NCBI GenBank assembly: GCA_963693365.1
Contig: CAVNZM010000014.1
Span: forward strand, 310,001 to 374,000
DNA from: Amoebidium appalachense
Taxonomy: Eukaryota > Protista > Ichthyosporea
Length of the DNA stretch: 64,000 nt
Direction of reading: 5' to 3'
The notes under the pieces were generated by a model that saw nothing but the letters and a program-made list of their open reading frames with translations, had not been told where the DNA came from and did not search any database. This document shows, in pieces, positions 1-13,937 of this stretch. The position numbers and the translations under genes were made by a program. Position 1 is the stretch's first letter. Each line of letters starts with the position of its first letter.

Positions 1-51
1 GCTTTCATCGGGTCTAGTGTCGTGTGGTATCTTTTTCCATTTGTTATATTG

Positions 52-730
52 CTAGATTATCTTGTGATTGTGTACATGTTTAATAAGTAAGTGGCAGTCC
101 AAAGTCACACGCACACTTTTGCGGGGTTTATTTGTATTTGTGCCCAGGGGAGAAGGGGAGAGAGAGGGAAGGAAAGAGGGGAGAGGTGAGGAGGGGACAG
201 GTCGGATAGAGAAGAGAGGCTGGGAGGGCAAATACTTCTTTAAGCGGCTTATGTGCTTATTGAATTTCAGCGCGAGATAGGATACTCTAGTAGCTATTGG
301 GACCAGACCATATATCGAGAGCGTTACAGGCCCAGGTTTACAACAGTTGTTAGATAGAAAGGAGGCAACTTCTGCTTCAAGGAAATTTGCCAAGGGTTTA
401 AGCGCTCTAGTTCTCTCTTTCTTGATCCAAGCGGCGAGAAGGGGTAAACCATATTCACAAGCCGGGAAGACAAAAGTGCGAATAAATGTAAGTCTAATAG
501 AGGGATGGAGGGGTGTGTCTTTAAAAATATTAGCCGAGAAGAAAGCTAACCGCTTACGAGCCAACTCTACCCTCTTTTCGACCATATGGGAAAACATAGC
601 ACCAACAGAATTAACCGGAACACCAAGATATTTGTATTCTGGAACTATAGGTACAGGTTTAGATGATAATGTAAATGTGTGTAAATTGTTAGCTATATCA
701 GGTACAAGAACACCACATTTGTCTATGTAA
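52..730 (-). mobile_element. 5'-truncated non-LTR retrotransposon reverse transcriptase remnant (RT C-terminal/thumb region)
   Basis: Extending ORF 52..597 upstream reads ...IDKCGVLVP...VPIVPEYKYLGVPVN...RLTFIRTFVFPACEYGLPL. The KC..., YKYLGV and 'R..F...F..P..EYG' motifs are typical of the end of LINE-type RT. There are no introns and the composition differs from the host genes. Confidence 0.7.
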
Positions 731-1512
731 CAACAAGATGGTTGTGGGGCTTCCGATATTTTCGCGCCAAATCTTTTTTTTTTTTGCGTAACAGTATTAG
801 AGCCGACCCAAGGATGATCGGTAGTGTGTGTGCGGTATGGGAGCAGACAACCGTGTCAAGTAAGCTCTAGTAACTGGTATTGCTCTGTGGAAATGGACTC
901 CGGCGGGGAGAAAGGTAGGCTGAAGTGGGATGTTGAGGGGTGGCGTTGGGTACTGGGCGGAAGCGGGGGTTAACGTGCTGTTGCCGCCCACACACGCTAC
1001 ATTGTTTGGAGCCCCCTTGTATTCGCGTGAGTTCTGGTTTGCGAGTGCAGGGGTGGGTGGGGTATGGGTGGACAAGGAAAGTAGTAGGGGAGGAGAGGGG
1101 GGAGGGGGGACCACTGCAAAAGTAATATATGAATAAACCTTTCTATTCGTGGTTGCACACGCCAGCACACTCATACACCCAAACAGTAGGTTGTTTCACA
1201 CACCGACACTTCATTACTCTGTGTATTTCAACAACGTGCATGGCCGTACGCACAATGTCGCATACGACTTATCGATTTCCAACTAATTACCTTTTTTTCT
1301 AACGCTTTTCCAGGGACAGAGTCAGACCTCACTATCTGAACATGAACGCAGTTGTTGGACTTGAAGTAATGGCATGAAAACTGCTGTGCTTCTAGAGCCT
1401 CTAATCTGAATCCCGGGCCGGTTTAGGCTGCGTAGCCTCTCTACAGGAGAACAGTTGAGTGTGTGTTTTTTTAAACAGACAGCAAGGTTTAAGCAACTAA
1501 CCATCATCACTC

Positions 1513-1823
1513 ATGTTTCTCTCATCCCCAGTGCTCCCACTGCTCTCCCTCCCCGGGGAGGTGCTACAGCAGATAGTGGGCCACCTGCCCCTCTCCGACC
1601 GCCTTGCCTGCACCCTCGTGTGCAGGCGGCTTGCTGCGGAGGCACGTACACTGGTTGCTGGGCCCATGGGGGTGCACGTGCAGCTGACGGCAGACAGGCA
1701 GAGATACAACGACACCGTGCTGGCTGGGGGGGTGGATGCCTGGGACCAGGCCGTGAAGACGGTGAGGGAGTGGGGTGCTTGTCATGTGCATATGCACACA
1801 CACTCACACACACACACATACGT

Positions 1824-1866
<43 letters not shown>

Positions 1867-3800
1867 ACTATGTCCTTATGCAAATGCTCGCTCGTGCAAG
1901 CAGGCATAAGATGTGCGTGTGCTTGGATAGACAGAACAAACATACTCATCGCCCGCCAACGACTACCACTACCTCACACACGCACACATGCACAAGGTGT
2001 GTGTGACCTTGTGCGTGTGTGTGCATACACAATCACGTTCTGTCTCCCCCCCCCCTCCCCCCCCCCCCCCCCCCCCCCCGTCCTCTCCCCCCCCCCCCCC
2101 CGCCCCCCGCGCAAACAAACACCCACACACTACCTGATTTCCCCGCCACACTGCACTCTTGCTTATGCATGCTTGCAGGGAGAGGTGTTGCATGCACACG
2201 CACGTACACACACACGATGCACACACACGGGCATGCATGCACGGACACACACACACACACACACAACACACACACACACACATACACGGACATTTACACA
2301 AAACACGAATTCGTGCACACAGTCATGCACACCCTCCCGCACCAAAACTGCAACCACAGGCATCTCCCCTACATACAGCTATGTGCATTCCAAGCATAAT
2401 CAACCCACACCCCTCTACCTTCATGCCTTACTCAAAGCATCCTTCCATCCTACAACCACAACCACATCCACACCGAAACAACCCCTCCCCCCTCCCCCTC
2501 TCCCCCCCCCCCCCCCCCCCCCCCCAACACACACACACCCTCGTACATCGTGGCACACAAACACTATACTCCCCCCCCCCCCCCCCCCCCCCCTGCTAAG
2601 ACGTGCACACAAAGGGATACCCAAGTACACAGACAAACACATCGAAAGACTGCAATCCACTTCACCATCGTACATCCCATCATCCCCCCCCCCCCCCCCC
2701 CCCCCCCCCAACACACACACACACATCCGGTTCTTTCGCAGTCCCTCTCTTTCCATATCCCATCACCATTTGTCTTAATCTGTCTGTAATTCCCCATGTA
2801 ATTCGTTCCCCCCTCTCCCCCTCCCCTCCCCCCACCAACACACACACACCACCACCACCACCCCCACCCCCCACCCCACTCCTCCCAGCCCCAAACCGCC
2901 AGTTACAGGGGTCTGGTACAGCACTCTCTGCCCACACCATTATTCTGATTCTTGCTTTGTTTATATCTATGGTCTTTTAATGTCTTCGTTTCTATGATGT
3001 GCGGGACCCTCCCATCCCACCCCCTTCCCCCCTTCCCTCCCTTTCCCCCCCTCCCCCGCTCGACTCCACCTGTTTCCCACTGCTAGCCTTTCCTCTGTTA
3101 CACACTTTGTCGCGTTTGGATCCCCCTCCCTCCCTCTGTCTGTTTGGGCTGACGCTTTGGGCCTTTATTTTTACCACTCTTTTCATGTCACCCATGTGCA
3201 TGTGCAAGATTTCCACACAGTGTGCCCATGCCTGTGTGGCTGTTGGCATTCTGCAATCACACCCTGCCTTCCAACGTTTTTCAAACCAAGAAAACCAACA
3301 TCTGTTTTCCGTTTCCCAATATACAACCAGTATTTGTGTTAGTTTCCAATCCATCATTTTCTAACACCACGTGCACAGGTACACATGGAGATTGCCGACG
3401 GTGACCCCCGTCGTCTTGGTGTCGTGCTGTGTGGTCTGCCCAGCGTCACCCACATCACCCTCTCCGGCCCTACAGCCCTACCCCACACCCTCCTACGTGC
3501 CATGCTCACCTGCCTGGGTCCCACCCTCACTCATCTGACCCTCGACTTCCCCACCACCAGCGGCACAGAGATTCTTTTCCTTAAAGGTTTGGCGCAATGC
3601 CCCGCCCTTACACACCTCTCTGTGAGTTTGCCTAAAGCGGCAGTGGGGGGCCTGCCGCTGTTGCCTAATTTGGCAAGTGTGACGGTTGCATGTCACGTGA
3701 CAGATCAGAAGACGCTAGCAGCCATTGGCCAGTGCACGGCCATGACGTCACTCACACTGAGAGTTACGGACATGGGCTCACACAGGGTACGTGTTGATAT

Positions 3801-3833
<33 letters not shown>

Positions 3834-5508
3834 ATCCCTTGTTGAAAACCCCCTTCCTTCTTCCCCCACGTGTTGATCTCCCCCCCTCCCCCTCTCTCAT
3901 GCAGTCTGCATTGTGTTGTCCGCTGTAAAGGCACACTTAGTATTCTGCGACACATTTTGACCTCCCCCCCCCCCCCCCCCCCTTCCCCCCCCAAACAACA
4001 ACCATACCACTAACAGCCCCCCTCCCCCTCCCCCCCTCCCCCCTCCATCCCTGCTTGACCGTCTTTCACCCCCATGAACCTTTTTAGCCGCGCCGTGCAT
4101 CTCTGCCTTTCTCTTTGCCTCTTTCCTCCATCGTGGCCCTCCTTCCTATTGCCGCACAGCATCTAGCGTTGTTATGGGGCAAAGCGGGCGGGGAAAGATG
4201 ACAACTTTGCGGCATACGAGCAGTATGGTTGGCAATGGCCTCATAGAGCAAGAATGTGTAAGATGGGGAACGGGGAAGAGAGTGGGAAGAGGGAGGTGGG
4301 GGGGGGAGGGATTCCGCTGGGGGGGGGGGGGGGGGGGGGAGAGGGGGGGGAGAAGAGCGGCAAGCAATAGTGGCAACAGCAAAGTAAAGTTGTACAGAGG
4401 TGGGTGTCTTCGTGTTTGCATTGCATTGCATCGATATCATTATAAAAGTGACGGTTGGAACGTGCCTGGGAGAGATTGGTGGTGGTGGTGGTGCGTGTGT
4501 GTGTGTGTTGGGGATTGGGGGGAGGGGGGGGAGGCAAATACATGTTACCCATCTTATGGCTGTGCACTAACCCCCATAACCCCCCAGGTGCCGTCCCTGA
4601 GTGCATGCCGGCGCCTGACCAAGGTGCACGTGGCCTGCCAGGCAAGGGTGGGCCGCACACCCGGTGTGCCCATGGTCGAGGGCCTGCCGGTGACGTCACT
4701 GCTGGTGGCCGGCTACCATCCCTTCCTCGTGTCGGACCTGCTCGGCCTCAACACAGTGACGTCACTGGTGCTGCAGGACCTACCGGCCACTGACCTAAGT
4801 CCGCTGGCCCATTCCCTGCCCAACCTGGCCAGGCTGACGCTAGCAGGCATCCTCCTGCCTGACCTCTCCTTCCTCTCGTGCCGTCCAACCCTCACCTCCC
4901 TCATCCTCACACACATTGGCCCGGACGCGTTCCCCACCTTCCCGCCCCTCCCCTCCCTCAGCACTCTCGGCCTGTCGTTTTGCGGTGCGCCCGATTTGGA
5001 CTTCCTCCCCACCACATGCAAAGCGCTTCACACCCTCTCTCTCGTGCTCATGTACAACCTCACCACCCTCTCGGCCCTCTCCGACTGTGGGGGCCTGACC
5101 AGCCTCAGCATCCAGGCCTGCCGCCGCCTGACGGATTTTACCCCCCTCGGTGATCTGGCCGATTTGGAGCTGATCCGATTGGTGCTTGTGGACATTGGTG
5201 ACGTCACACCACTGGCCCGGCTGCCCAAGCTCAGCCGTGCGCTGTTCTCGGGGGTGCCGTGCAGCGACTTTGGGCTCTTGAGGGAGGCACCGTCTGGGTG
5301 TGACGTCACCCTGCTGGGCTCGGTGGAGGTGTGTGTGTCAGCCCCCCCCCCCCCCCCCCCCCCCCCCCCCCTTCCCCTCCCCCTACCCCCCGTTTCCCAG
5401 CCAACCCCCCCCCCCAAACACACACACACACAGAAGTAAAAGAGAAAAAGAAGAAAGAAAGAAGAACACCCACATACGCATGCACCGACTGGATACTGCC
5501 CATATACT

Positions 5509-5586
<78 letters not shown>

Positions 5587-5744
5587 ACTCACAGACACAC
5601 ACACACACAGTGGCAATCTGGTTGCATTGCACACCATGCATACGCACACCGGGTTCTGTCTCAACCACGTAACAACCTGCTGCTTGCTGAGTCTTAACGT
5701 GGGTGCAGGAACACAGAGACGCGCCGCCGCCGAAGGGTGCTTGA
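1513..5744 (+). CDS. F-box/leucine-rich-repeat protein (about 477 aa, 4 exons: 1513-1761, 3379-3786, 4588-5328, 5709-5744)
   Basis: N-terminal F-box LLSLPGEVLQQIVGHLPLSDRLACTLVCRRL. LRRs of the form LTxLxL / DLSPL / LSDCGGLTSLSIQACRRLTDFTPL. All introns are GT-AG and phase 0, with a CTAAC branch point before 4588. The last exon (EHRDAPPPKGA*) is less certain. Confidence 0.8.
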
Positions 5745-7675
5745 TCTGTCTTTCGAATTGTACAGATACACACACTCGGCCTTACACGTAGACCCAGATG
5801 TGCACATCACAGCCACTAATACGTGTGTGGCCATGCAGGCACCTTCGCCGACTGATACTCCTCTTGAGGTGTGAGAGCCCACAGCCGGTCAACCGTACGG
5901 CCAGAATGAAGATTCAGTGACCCGGGGGGAGGAGGGAGAGAGGGGGGGGGGGGGGGGGGGGGGAGGGGGGGGGGGGGGGTCGTTGGTAATAATAACTAGG
6001 TTTCAGTTCGGCGTTGTCTGACTAATAATGCACGTGGTAGTGCATTGCAAGGGGAGGGAGGGTTGTTTCTCTTCCCCCATAGCTTCGACACGTGGAGGGT
6101 TATATGCACGTGTGTTGGTGTTTTGTCTCTGCGGGGGTTTTGATTGAAGTTTAACTTCCTGCATGTGAGCCAGGGTGGTAAGGGGAAGGTGTGGCTAATG
6201 AATAGACAGGGAGGGTGCACCCGATGATGGCTGGCCTCCTTTCTAGTGTCGCAGTAGGCATAAAGTAGCAAGACCCGAGAATGCCGGGTCAGAATGGATA
6301 TTTGCTTTGATTTCTTGAAGTGGCGCATAGCCTCTTGCTATTGAGAAGACTTTGTGGACACCTGATGGGTGTTTTAGTTTCGAGCCGTAAAGATACTGTG
6401 ATGTACTTGCCAATAAAGCCAGATGCTTTTTTAACGGTCATTATTATAGCCGTGAGCTTTTAGCCATGCGCGCACGATATCACTGTGTGCACATGTCTCC
6501 CCGCCCCCCCCCCCCCTTCGAACCCCTCCCTTTCCCCCTCCCCAATCCCCCCGGCCCCCCCACCACCATCACCACCACGTACCCCACCCTCTCCTTCGCT
6601 CTCTCTATTGATCCCTCTCAGCCTCCCCCTCCGGACCCCCCCATACATATTTGTCTGGCGCAACTTCATGCAAGCATCATCATGCGCCATAATGCATGCA
6701 TCATCACCAGCAACAGAAACACACACACATAATTAGTCTATGGCAATGCAAACACACATGTACATGTCACGGTAAGCACGTGCTTAAGCTTGGCGAATTT
6801 GTGTCAGAGATCTAGACTCAACTCGGTCGGACTCGATCTCAATCACCGTGGACACGCACACACAGACAACACACGCCGTCACATACACACAAACACGTAC
6901 ACACAGACAAACACGCACTGAGACACGCACATGCAACACTACGTGACTGTCACACCAGTGCACACATGTGCACCACACTCTTGGCACACACGTGAAATGC
7001 CATGTAATTTTGCATGCCCACATGCTAAGCGCATAATGATTGCGTCCACACACGGCTTGTACATGTTGCAAGACGTTTACTCACACACTGTCAGGCCACC
7101 ACAGTGATGAAACCCACCCTACGGACACATACACACACGGCCCCTCGCCTACATAGAATAAAAGTCGCAAGTGCGCACTCTTAGTGACATATTTGTGCAT
7201 GATAGTTCTGCCCTGATCAAAATTCGAAGCGCTGGTCAAGACGAAGGGAAGATGTACGTTTACAAACGTCCTTAATGCTGGTGATGGTGGTGGATGACAG
7301 GGGAGGGGAGGGGGGCGAGAGGGAGGGGGAGGTGGGGGAGGAGGAGAGCATCCCAGAAACCTTGGGAGGGGGTTGCAGAGCCGCGGCCAGCAGGGAGGCT
7401 AGCTCCCGTCATACTCCCTGCGGGGGGGAGGGGAGGGGAAGGAGGGGGCGGGGGGGACCTCAATGCTTACGTAAATTACTACTGCCCAAACCCCCATGGG
7501 CATTTCAAATTCAAAAATTACATTATTCCTCTCCCCCCTCCCCCCCCCCCCCACCACCACCCACCCGCGCCCCCCCCACCACCACCACACTCCCCGTAAT
7601 GAATGTGTGTTTCGTAACCTAACTAGAACGTATTAATCTAATTAACGTTTTTGCACTTGTGATTATGTTGTCCAT

Positions 7676-7725
7676 TCAGCGCCTCAACAAAACCCAACTC
7701 AGATACTGTTTCACTTGAACATGGG
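7676..7725 (-). mobile_element. Internal fragment of the poly(C)-anchored dispersed repeat family
   Basis: The reverse complement reads CCCATGTTCAAGTGAAACAGTATCTGAGTTGGGTTT, matching about 47015-47048. It lies close to a C-run on the minus strand. Confidence 0.7.
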
Positions 7726-7742
7726 TGGGTGGGTGGGTGGGT

Positions 7743-7779
<37 letters not shown>

Positions 7780-8409
7780 ATAGAAATGGTACGAAACATG
7801 AAACCGGGGAATTGATGCCAACTTGTGACAGAGAAGATTAGGGGGGGCAGGTGCAGGACAAAGTTTCGCAACCGCGCACACACGCACACACACACATACC
7901 CATGCTCCAAATAACCCTCTTCGCTTTGGTCATGGTGGTGTTTCATGCCTGTCATACCTACAACCAAAATCCATCTTCCCTGCTTCTCCCCCCCCCCCCC
8001 CCCTCCTCATTCCCCTTCCCCTCAGCCTCTCTTACCTCTCCTGCTCTCTCTTTCCCACCTTCCCTCTCCCATTTATTTGTTACGGATATGTCTCTTCGGG
8101 GAGAACCTTGAGTAGGGTGGGTAGGTGGGTGGGTGAGGTGGGCGGGGGGAGGGGGGGATTGAATGCGTCATAAAGTACGGAGTACCCTCATAAGCAACTC
8201 TGCAGCAGAGATTGTACAACACAAGTAGAGGGGCGGCGGGCAAGGGGAAAAAAGGGGGGGGGGAGGGGGGGGACGGGGGTAGGAGGAGGGGCTTAATGCA
8301 ATGTCAGAGTGATAGTGGACTGGCCTGGCAACATGGTGATTTCACAGAAAAGGTCCAATTTAGCATCATGATTTATCGAGTCACCAGCTCGGGCACCGTG
8401 TGTGTGTGT

Positions 8410-8440
<31 letters not shown>

Positions 8441-9519
8441 GATGGGGCTAACGGCTCTTTGCCCGCAGGGAAGGTGGCAATGAAACGGACGGTCAGTTTA
8501 TTCGTGATTACGCTCATACCACGTGATTATAGTTGTCTGTCCCCAAGCCCGGGGACCACAAAGCTAACTTAAAATACAGTGAAATTCAATCCCCACCCCC
8601 CCCAAATACACACACACACACCAACCCCCCCCACCACACACACACACACACAAAAAAAACAACCCTTGCCTAACTAGAACAAAAACAGAAAATGAAGGGG
8701 GCCACGAAACAGCTTAAAAGCCAGACAAAGACTAAATTACAATTTGAGTAGAGAGGGAAACGAAGGTGGGGAGCGGGTAGAGGGGGGGGGAGGGTCAGTG
8801 ACGGGAAGGTATTCATGTGGATCTGATGGTGTTTTAAAGGCGAAAGAAAAACTAACCATCAGTTGGAACACACACACACTGGCAATGCCGTGTGGTTAAC
8901 CACCACCCCCCCCTCCAAAAAAAAAAAAAAAAAAAAAAAGTTCCCATACATAGCTCCGACTGCCAGAACTTTACCCAGTTGCCTCGATTTAGGTAGCCCA
9001 TCAGTATATGGGCACACTTAGCAGGGTTCCCCAAAGCTCTCATGTGCTGCCGACTTACAAAGCAAAAACAAGTGAACACCTAGACAAATCATCACCAGGC
9101 CTAAACCAGATCTGGCACTCAGGCCCCAACTCAACTGCGCCCCCCTCAACCCCTCCCACCCCCCCACCCTCACTCTCTTCCTCCTAAAAGGGCAGATCTT
9201 CCCGCCTGTCCTTCCCTGCTGAAAAGCGTAAACAAGGATAAGGCCAACGGACACATCTCTGTCCCACACACCTGTAAAATTGGCAATTACCAAATGAACA
9301 AAGACTGCTTCAAATGCCACTTACCAGACACGACTCCAGTCAGTCCTGCTACGGGACAGCCACAATAGTACCTACAGGTATAGAAATGGCGGCTGTCACA
9401 ACACAATCATGAATAAATCTTTTGCAACAATAAATCTTTTGCAACCGTTTCACCATTCACCATGACACAAGTGTAAGACTAGCCCCAAATCCCACCTGCC
9501 ATTACACTAGATCCTTGAA

Positions 9520-10570
9520 TCACGTGGGCTCGCCATCCTTCAACTTAGGCCCGGGCATTAATCTCACGTAAACACAAGCAATGATTTCTGCACGATTTAG
9601 CATTTGGCTGCCCCTTACTTGCTTCTGCTCCCATTCTACAGTGTTCCAATTTCGTGGGCCTGTTCAACCGTGGATCTCTGCAGGGATTGCGGAAGAGTGA
9701 AAAAACTAGCTGAAGATTGACTTACTCCCGGCATAACACGACTCTACCCAGCATGCTACAAGTACACTACTCACGTGAATAGCTATTCACACACGTCGTT
9801 TTATGTCTGAAAGTGACGCGTTCACGCGTGACTGAGTTGCTACAAAGAGTGTTTACGTTTTGTGAGGGACGAATACTGAGTGAGCCGCATGGCGTATGGC
9901 GACACACAGGCTGCTCACTGGCTCGTGACGTTGGCACTAAACGTTCTACCCGGCATCACACGTTTGATTGGCTGCTTGGCGGTTCATCTGCCGGTGAGAA
10001 GGAGAATTTCTACGAAGGAGCAGCGAGGAATTTTTCTTTAAAGCATGTATGAAAAGTGTATAAATGGGTATATATATTCTTTTTCTTCCGAAAATTTTAA
10101 ATATTCTGGTTTTCGACCATTTTTGTGGCTTGGTGGTGAGCAGCTGCACCGTACATGAGCCTCAGCCTTCTTCCCAGTATGTGTTGTTTATGGAATGCCC
10201 GCTGATTGGCCATCAGAAACTGATCACAGGACTAAAAATTTAATATTGGCTATAAATCAGGTGCTAGCTGGACGTGATTGTGTTGCCTTACCCCAATAAC
10301 AGTTTTGATTGGCTGACAGTGGTTCGTATTCAGCATGTCAGCAACCGTTTTGAGTAAACATATGCACGAGAAAGCGCATTATATGATGTAAAACAATAAG
10401 ATTATTCTATTAAATGTCCCAAAAGTCAATCTATAATTATTTATGAGCTTAATATGCAAAAAAACGAGCGTTCTTATAGCATTTTTGGGGCCAAAGCAGG
10501 TGGGCAAGCACCAGGAAAAACGATTATTTGTGGGGAGCCAATAACAAGATCTGTGGCCGCAATTGGTTAC
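9520..10570 (+). promoter_or_regulatory. Putative FAS promoter with clustered CCAAT boxes and E-boxes
   Basis: CCAAT/ATTGG at about 9967, 10205, 10245, 10293, 10308, 10538 and 10562. TCACGTG at about 9520 and TCACGTGA at 9771. The region lacks microsatellites and lies upstream of the ATG at 10805. Confidence 0.4.
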
Positions 10571-10804
10571 GCATATGCGTGGGTGTGCTTTTAGGATCGG
10601 GCGCGGTTGTTTTCGCCTCATTCTCCGCCTGGTACCCGGGGTGTCTGTTCGAAAGAATAACTTATGGCTCGCTCAACTTAGTTTCTTTTCAAGTTCTTTT
10701 CAAGCCTCTTGTATCGCCTGTTTCGCCTCTCTAGCTAGAAGGCATTCCCAACCCTGGCCGGTAGGAACGAATTCTCTAGCGCGTAGCGAAACTTGTCACG
10801 AAAA

Positions 10805-12929
10805 ATGAACACCAACCTTTCGAACGATAGCCTTGCTGGCTCCGGGCAGGGCGATGTCCGTATTGTCAAGGTCAAGAAGGGACAGTCCGAACTGCGCCTG
10901 GCTGTCCAGCCCTCTCTACGCGAAACTGCCGAGTTGCTTGCACGCGAATTCACTGTTCAGGGAACCAAGGAGGTAGGCAAGCAAAGCACACAGCTGGGCA
11001 CGTGGCTGGGGAGTTGGGGTGGACGAGCAGACACAAAATTTGCAGTTAGAAAGCTGAGAAAACAAGCAGAGCTTTCTACCGATAATGTTCCCTAGCCACT
11101 CCTTCAGTGCCCAAGAGAATAACGCTCTTGCTGCATGGATACTTTCGATGTCACTCGTGTTTTCGTCGGGTCACTCGGCCAGAAAGTTCTCCCCTGAAAC
11201 AGACTTTCTGAGTAGGCAGGAAGGGGCAGGGAGCCTGCAACACCCAATGGATTCTTATTGACTCCCGGTAGAGTCTTAATAGTACCGGGTTGAGTAGTAC
11301 ACTTTTAGTTGTTTTAACGTTGTTTTGCTAGCATTTCTCAGCACTAGGCACCCCGTTAGTCGATTCATTTGGCCCCACTCCACACCCCCGTCTTTCCTCT
11401 TGCGCCTTTAGCATGAACCGGGGTGCCTAATTCCAGCTGCACACACGATATACCTTGCATGTGTGCCCCTGCATTGCCCTTTGTAACCTCCTCCCTTCCC
11501 CCTCCCTTTCAGGACGATGTGGAACTGGCGCCCATCGAACTCCACGCTGCCTTCCTGAACTTTGTGGCCCACTATGAGACGGAGGATCGCACCCTGGCCG
11601 TGATCCCCCTGCTCAAGACGGTCTACGAGCAGTTCTGCGCCCGCCACCTGGGCACGGACGGCATCCATGCACGCACGGCAACCATGGACGAGGCCACACG
11701 TGTGGAGCTCATCCGCAACACGGGCCATGCCTTCCACAAGCTGGTGCTTGCTGGCGCCACAGAGACCAGCGAGTGCCTGCACGTGGCCCCCAAATCCGCA
11801 CTGTTCGAGGCCGCCAAGACTGGCAAGGTAATGGTTGATTGGTGCACGGGGGTGTCGATGTGCTTTCACATGTGATAGGCAGGTTATTTGGTGATTGTGC
11901 TCTTGTCATGTGGGCTCAAACACACTACGTGTGTGTATTTATGTGGTGGGCAGGTTATCCGGCGAATATGTTCTTGTGCTGTGGGTGCAGACACTCGTGC
12001 ACGTGTATTGGTGGCCTTGCACACAGCCTAACAGTCGTTTCCCCATTTAGGCGTCCATCGCATCTGTGTTTGGTGGGCAGGGTGCCAACGGTGTGCTTGG
12101 TGAGCTGTCCCAGCTCTACAGCACCTACCCCGAGGTCCAGGACTTTGTCCAGAAAATGTGCGCCGTGATTAAGGCCTGCGGTGAGACCCCCGAGGCTCTG
12201 CAGGTGCCTATCTCCCCCCCCCTCTTCCCCCCGTCATTTCTCCATCTCTTCTTTCTTTCGTTTTCCTCCCCGGTATAAATTACACATATCTCCCTTTCCC
12301 CCCTCCCCCCGTCCTTACTCCATATATCTTTTCTTCCCCCCCCCCCCCTCCGTATTGATCCCCTGGTTTGCCTGTCTGCATGTGGGGATAACAACCCTCC
12401 TCCCCTTTCTTTAATCCCCCCTTCCCCCCCTTCCCCCCTCCCGAAGTCCTAGAGCTAATGACCTCTGCTGCTTCTTCATGCCCGCTCCCTATTCTAACAC
12501 CAATCCGATCTTTGCTCGTCTTGTACCCCCCTCCCCCCCCCCCCCCCCCCTCCTCGTGTATTCCCTTCTGGCTTTCTGTGTCCCCCCCCCCCCCCCCTCC
12601 CCTCCCCCTGTCCCCCTCCCCCTTTCCGTCCCTTCCCCCCTCCTTCTCAACTTCCTCAGCACGTGCTGGTGAGCAGCCCCTTGCCTCTCTGGCTACCCCC
12701 TCCCCACCCCCCCCCCCCTCCCGCTGCTCTCGTGCTATTCTTACGCTTCACTCCCCCCCCCCCCTCCCCCCCCCCCCCCCTCTTTTCGTATGCCGTTAGT
12801 GGGTGGGTTTATGTCTCGTCTTCCCCCTTTCCCCTCGCAACGATTTTCTTTCTTAGTTATTCCCCTGACTCCCTAATACACATCTGTTTATATTCTTCTC
12901 CCCCCCTCCCCCCTCCCCCCTCCCCCCCC

Positions 12930-12960
<31 letters not shown>

Positions 12961-13906
12961 CCCTCATGCATGGCTAACATCTGTGCGCACAGACTGGCCT
13001 TCACCACCAGGGTCTGGACATCATGCTGTGGCTGGAGCAGCCCTCCACCCAGCCTGATGAGGACTACCTGATCGAGGCGCCCGTGTCGTTCCCCCTGATT
13101 GGTCTGGCGCAGCTGGCCAACTATTGGCTCATGCTGCAGGTGCTGCACATGGACCCCTCCGAGGTCCTGAAGCTGACCAAGTACACCACTGGTCACAGCC
13201 AGGTACTGTCCCTCCCTTTACCCCCCGCCCCTCCCCCCACGCTCCTTCCCCGTTCTGCCTTTAAGCACCTCTACATCTCCATACCCCCATTCCCCCCCCC
13301 CCCCCCCCCCCCCTCCGTGCTTCACCTGTGCCTACCACTTTTTCTTTATGGACAGGTTGTCGAACTGTTGTCTGCCTCCCCCCCCCCCCCCCCCCCCCCC
13401 CTCCCCCGGCCCTCTCCCCCCTTCCCCCCTGGGCCCTTCCCAACCCTATTTTGCACACACCAGCAGCACTTTTTCAAACACAGCTACAGGGGAAATCTCA
13501 ATTGCTCAGTCATGTGCTAACCACTCCCCCCCCCCCCCCCCCCCCCTCCCTCCCCCCCTCTCCCCCTCTCCCGGCTTCCCCTGCAGATCTTTGCCCTTTA
13601 TGTGCAGTATTTGCACATTCCGAAGGCACACATTTTTTTAGTGAACAGTCACCCACGCAACAAAGGCACATTGTTGCAACAGCAATTCTGTGCATATCCC
13701 CCCCCCCCCCCCCCCCCATCTGTGCATCTGTGGATGACGTGGCCCCCCCCTGAGGATGGGCTCTGCTTATTATGCATACTCTTTATGTATGGCTTGCATT
13801 CTGCATCGTGTTATCCGTTTGTTCTTGTGTACTCCGTACTTTTTGACGCATTCAAAACCCCATCTGTGCATATATCCCCCCCCCCCCCCCCCCAATCTGT
13901 GCATAT

Positions 13907-13937
<31 letters not shown>

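Noticed and set aside
5996-6460. Complex non-repetitive islands (also about 8940-9400, 53220-53480, 54040-54420) as TE fragments
   Set aside because: No TIRs, TSDs, second copies or convincing protein motifs are visible within the window.
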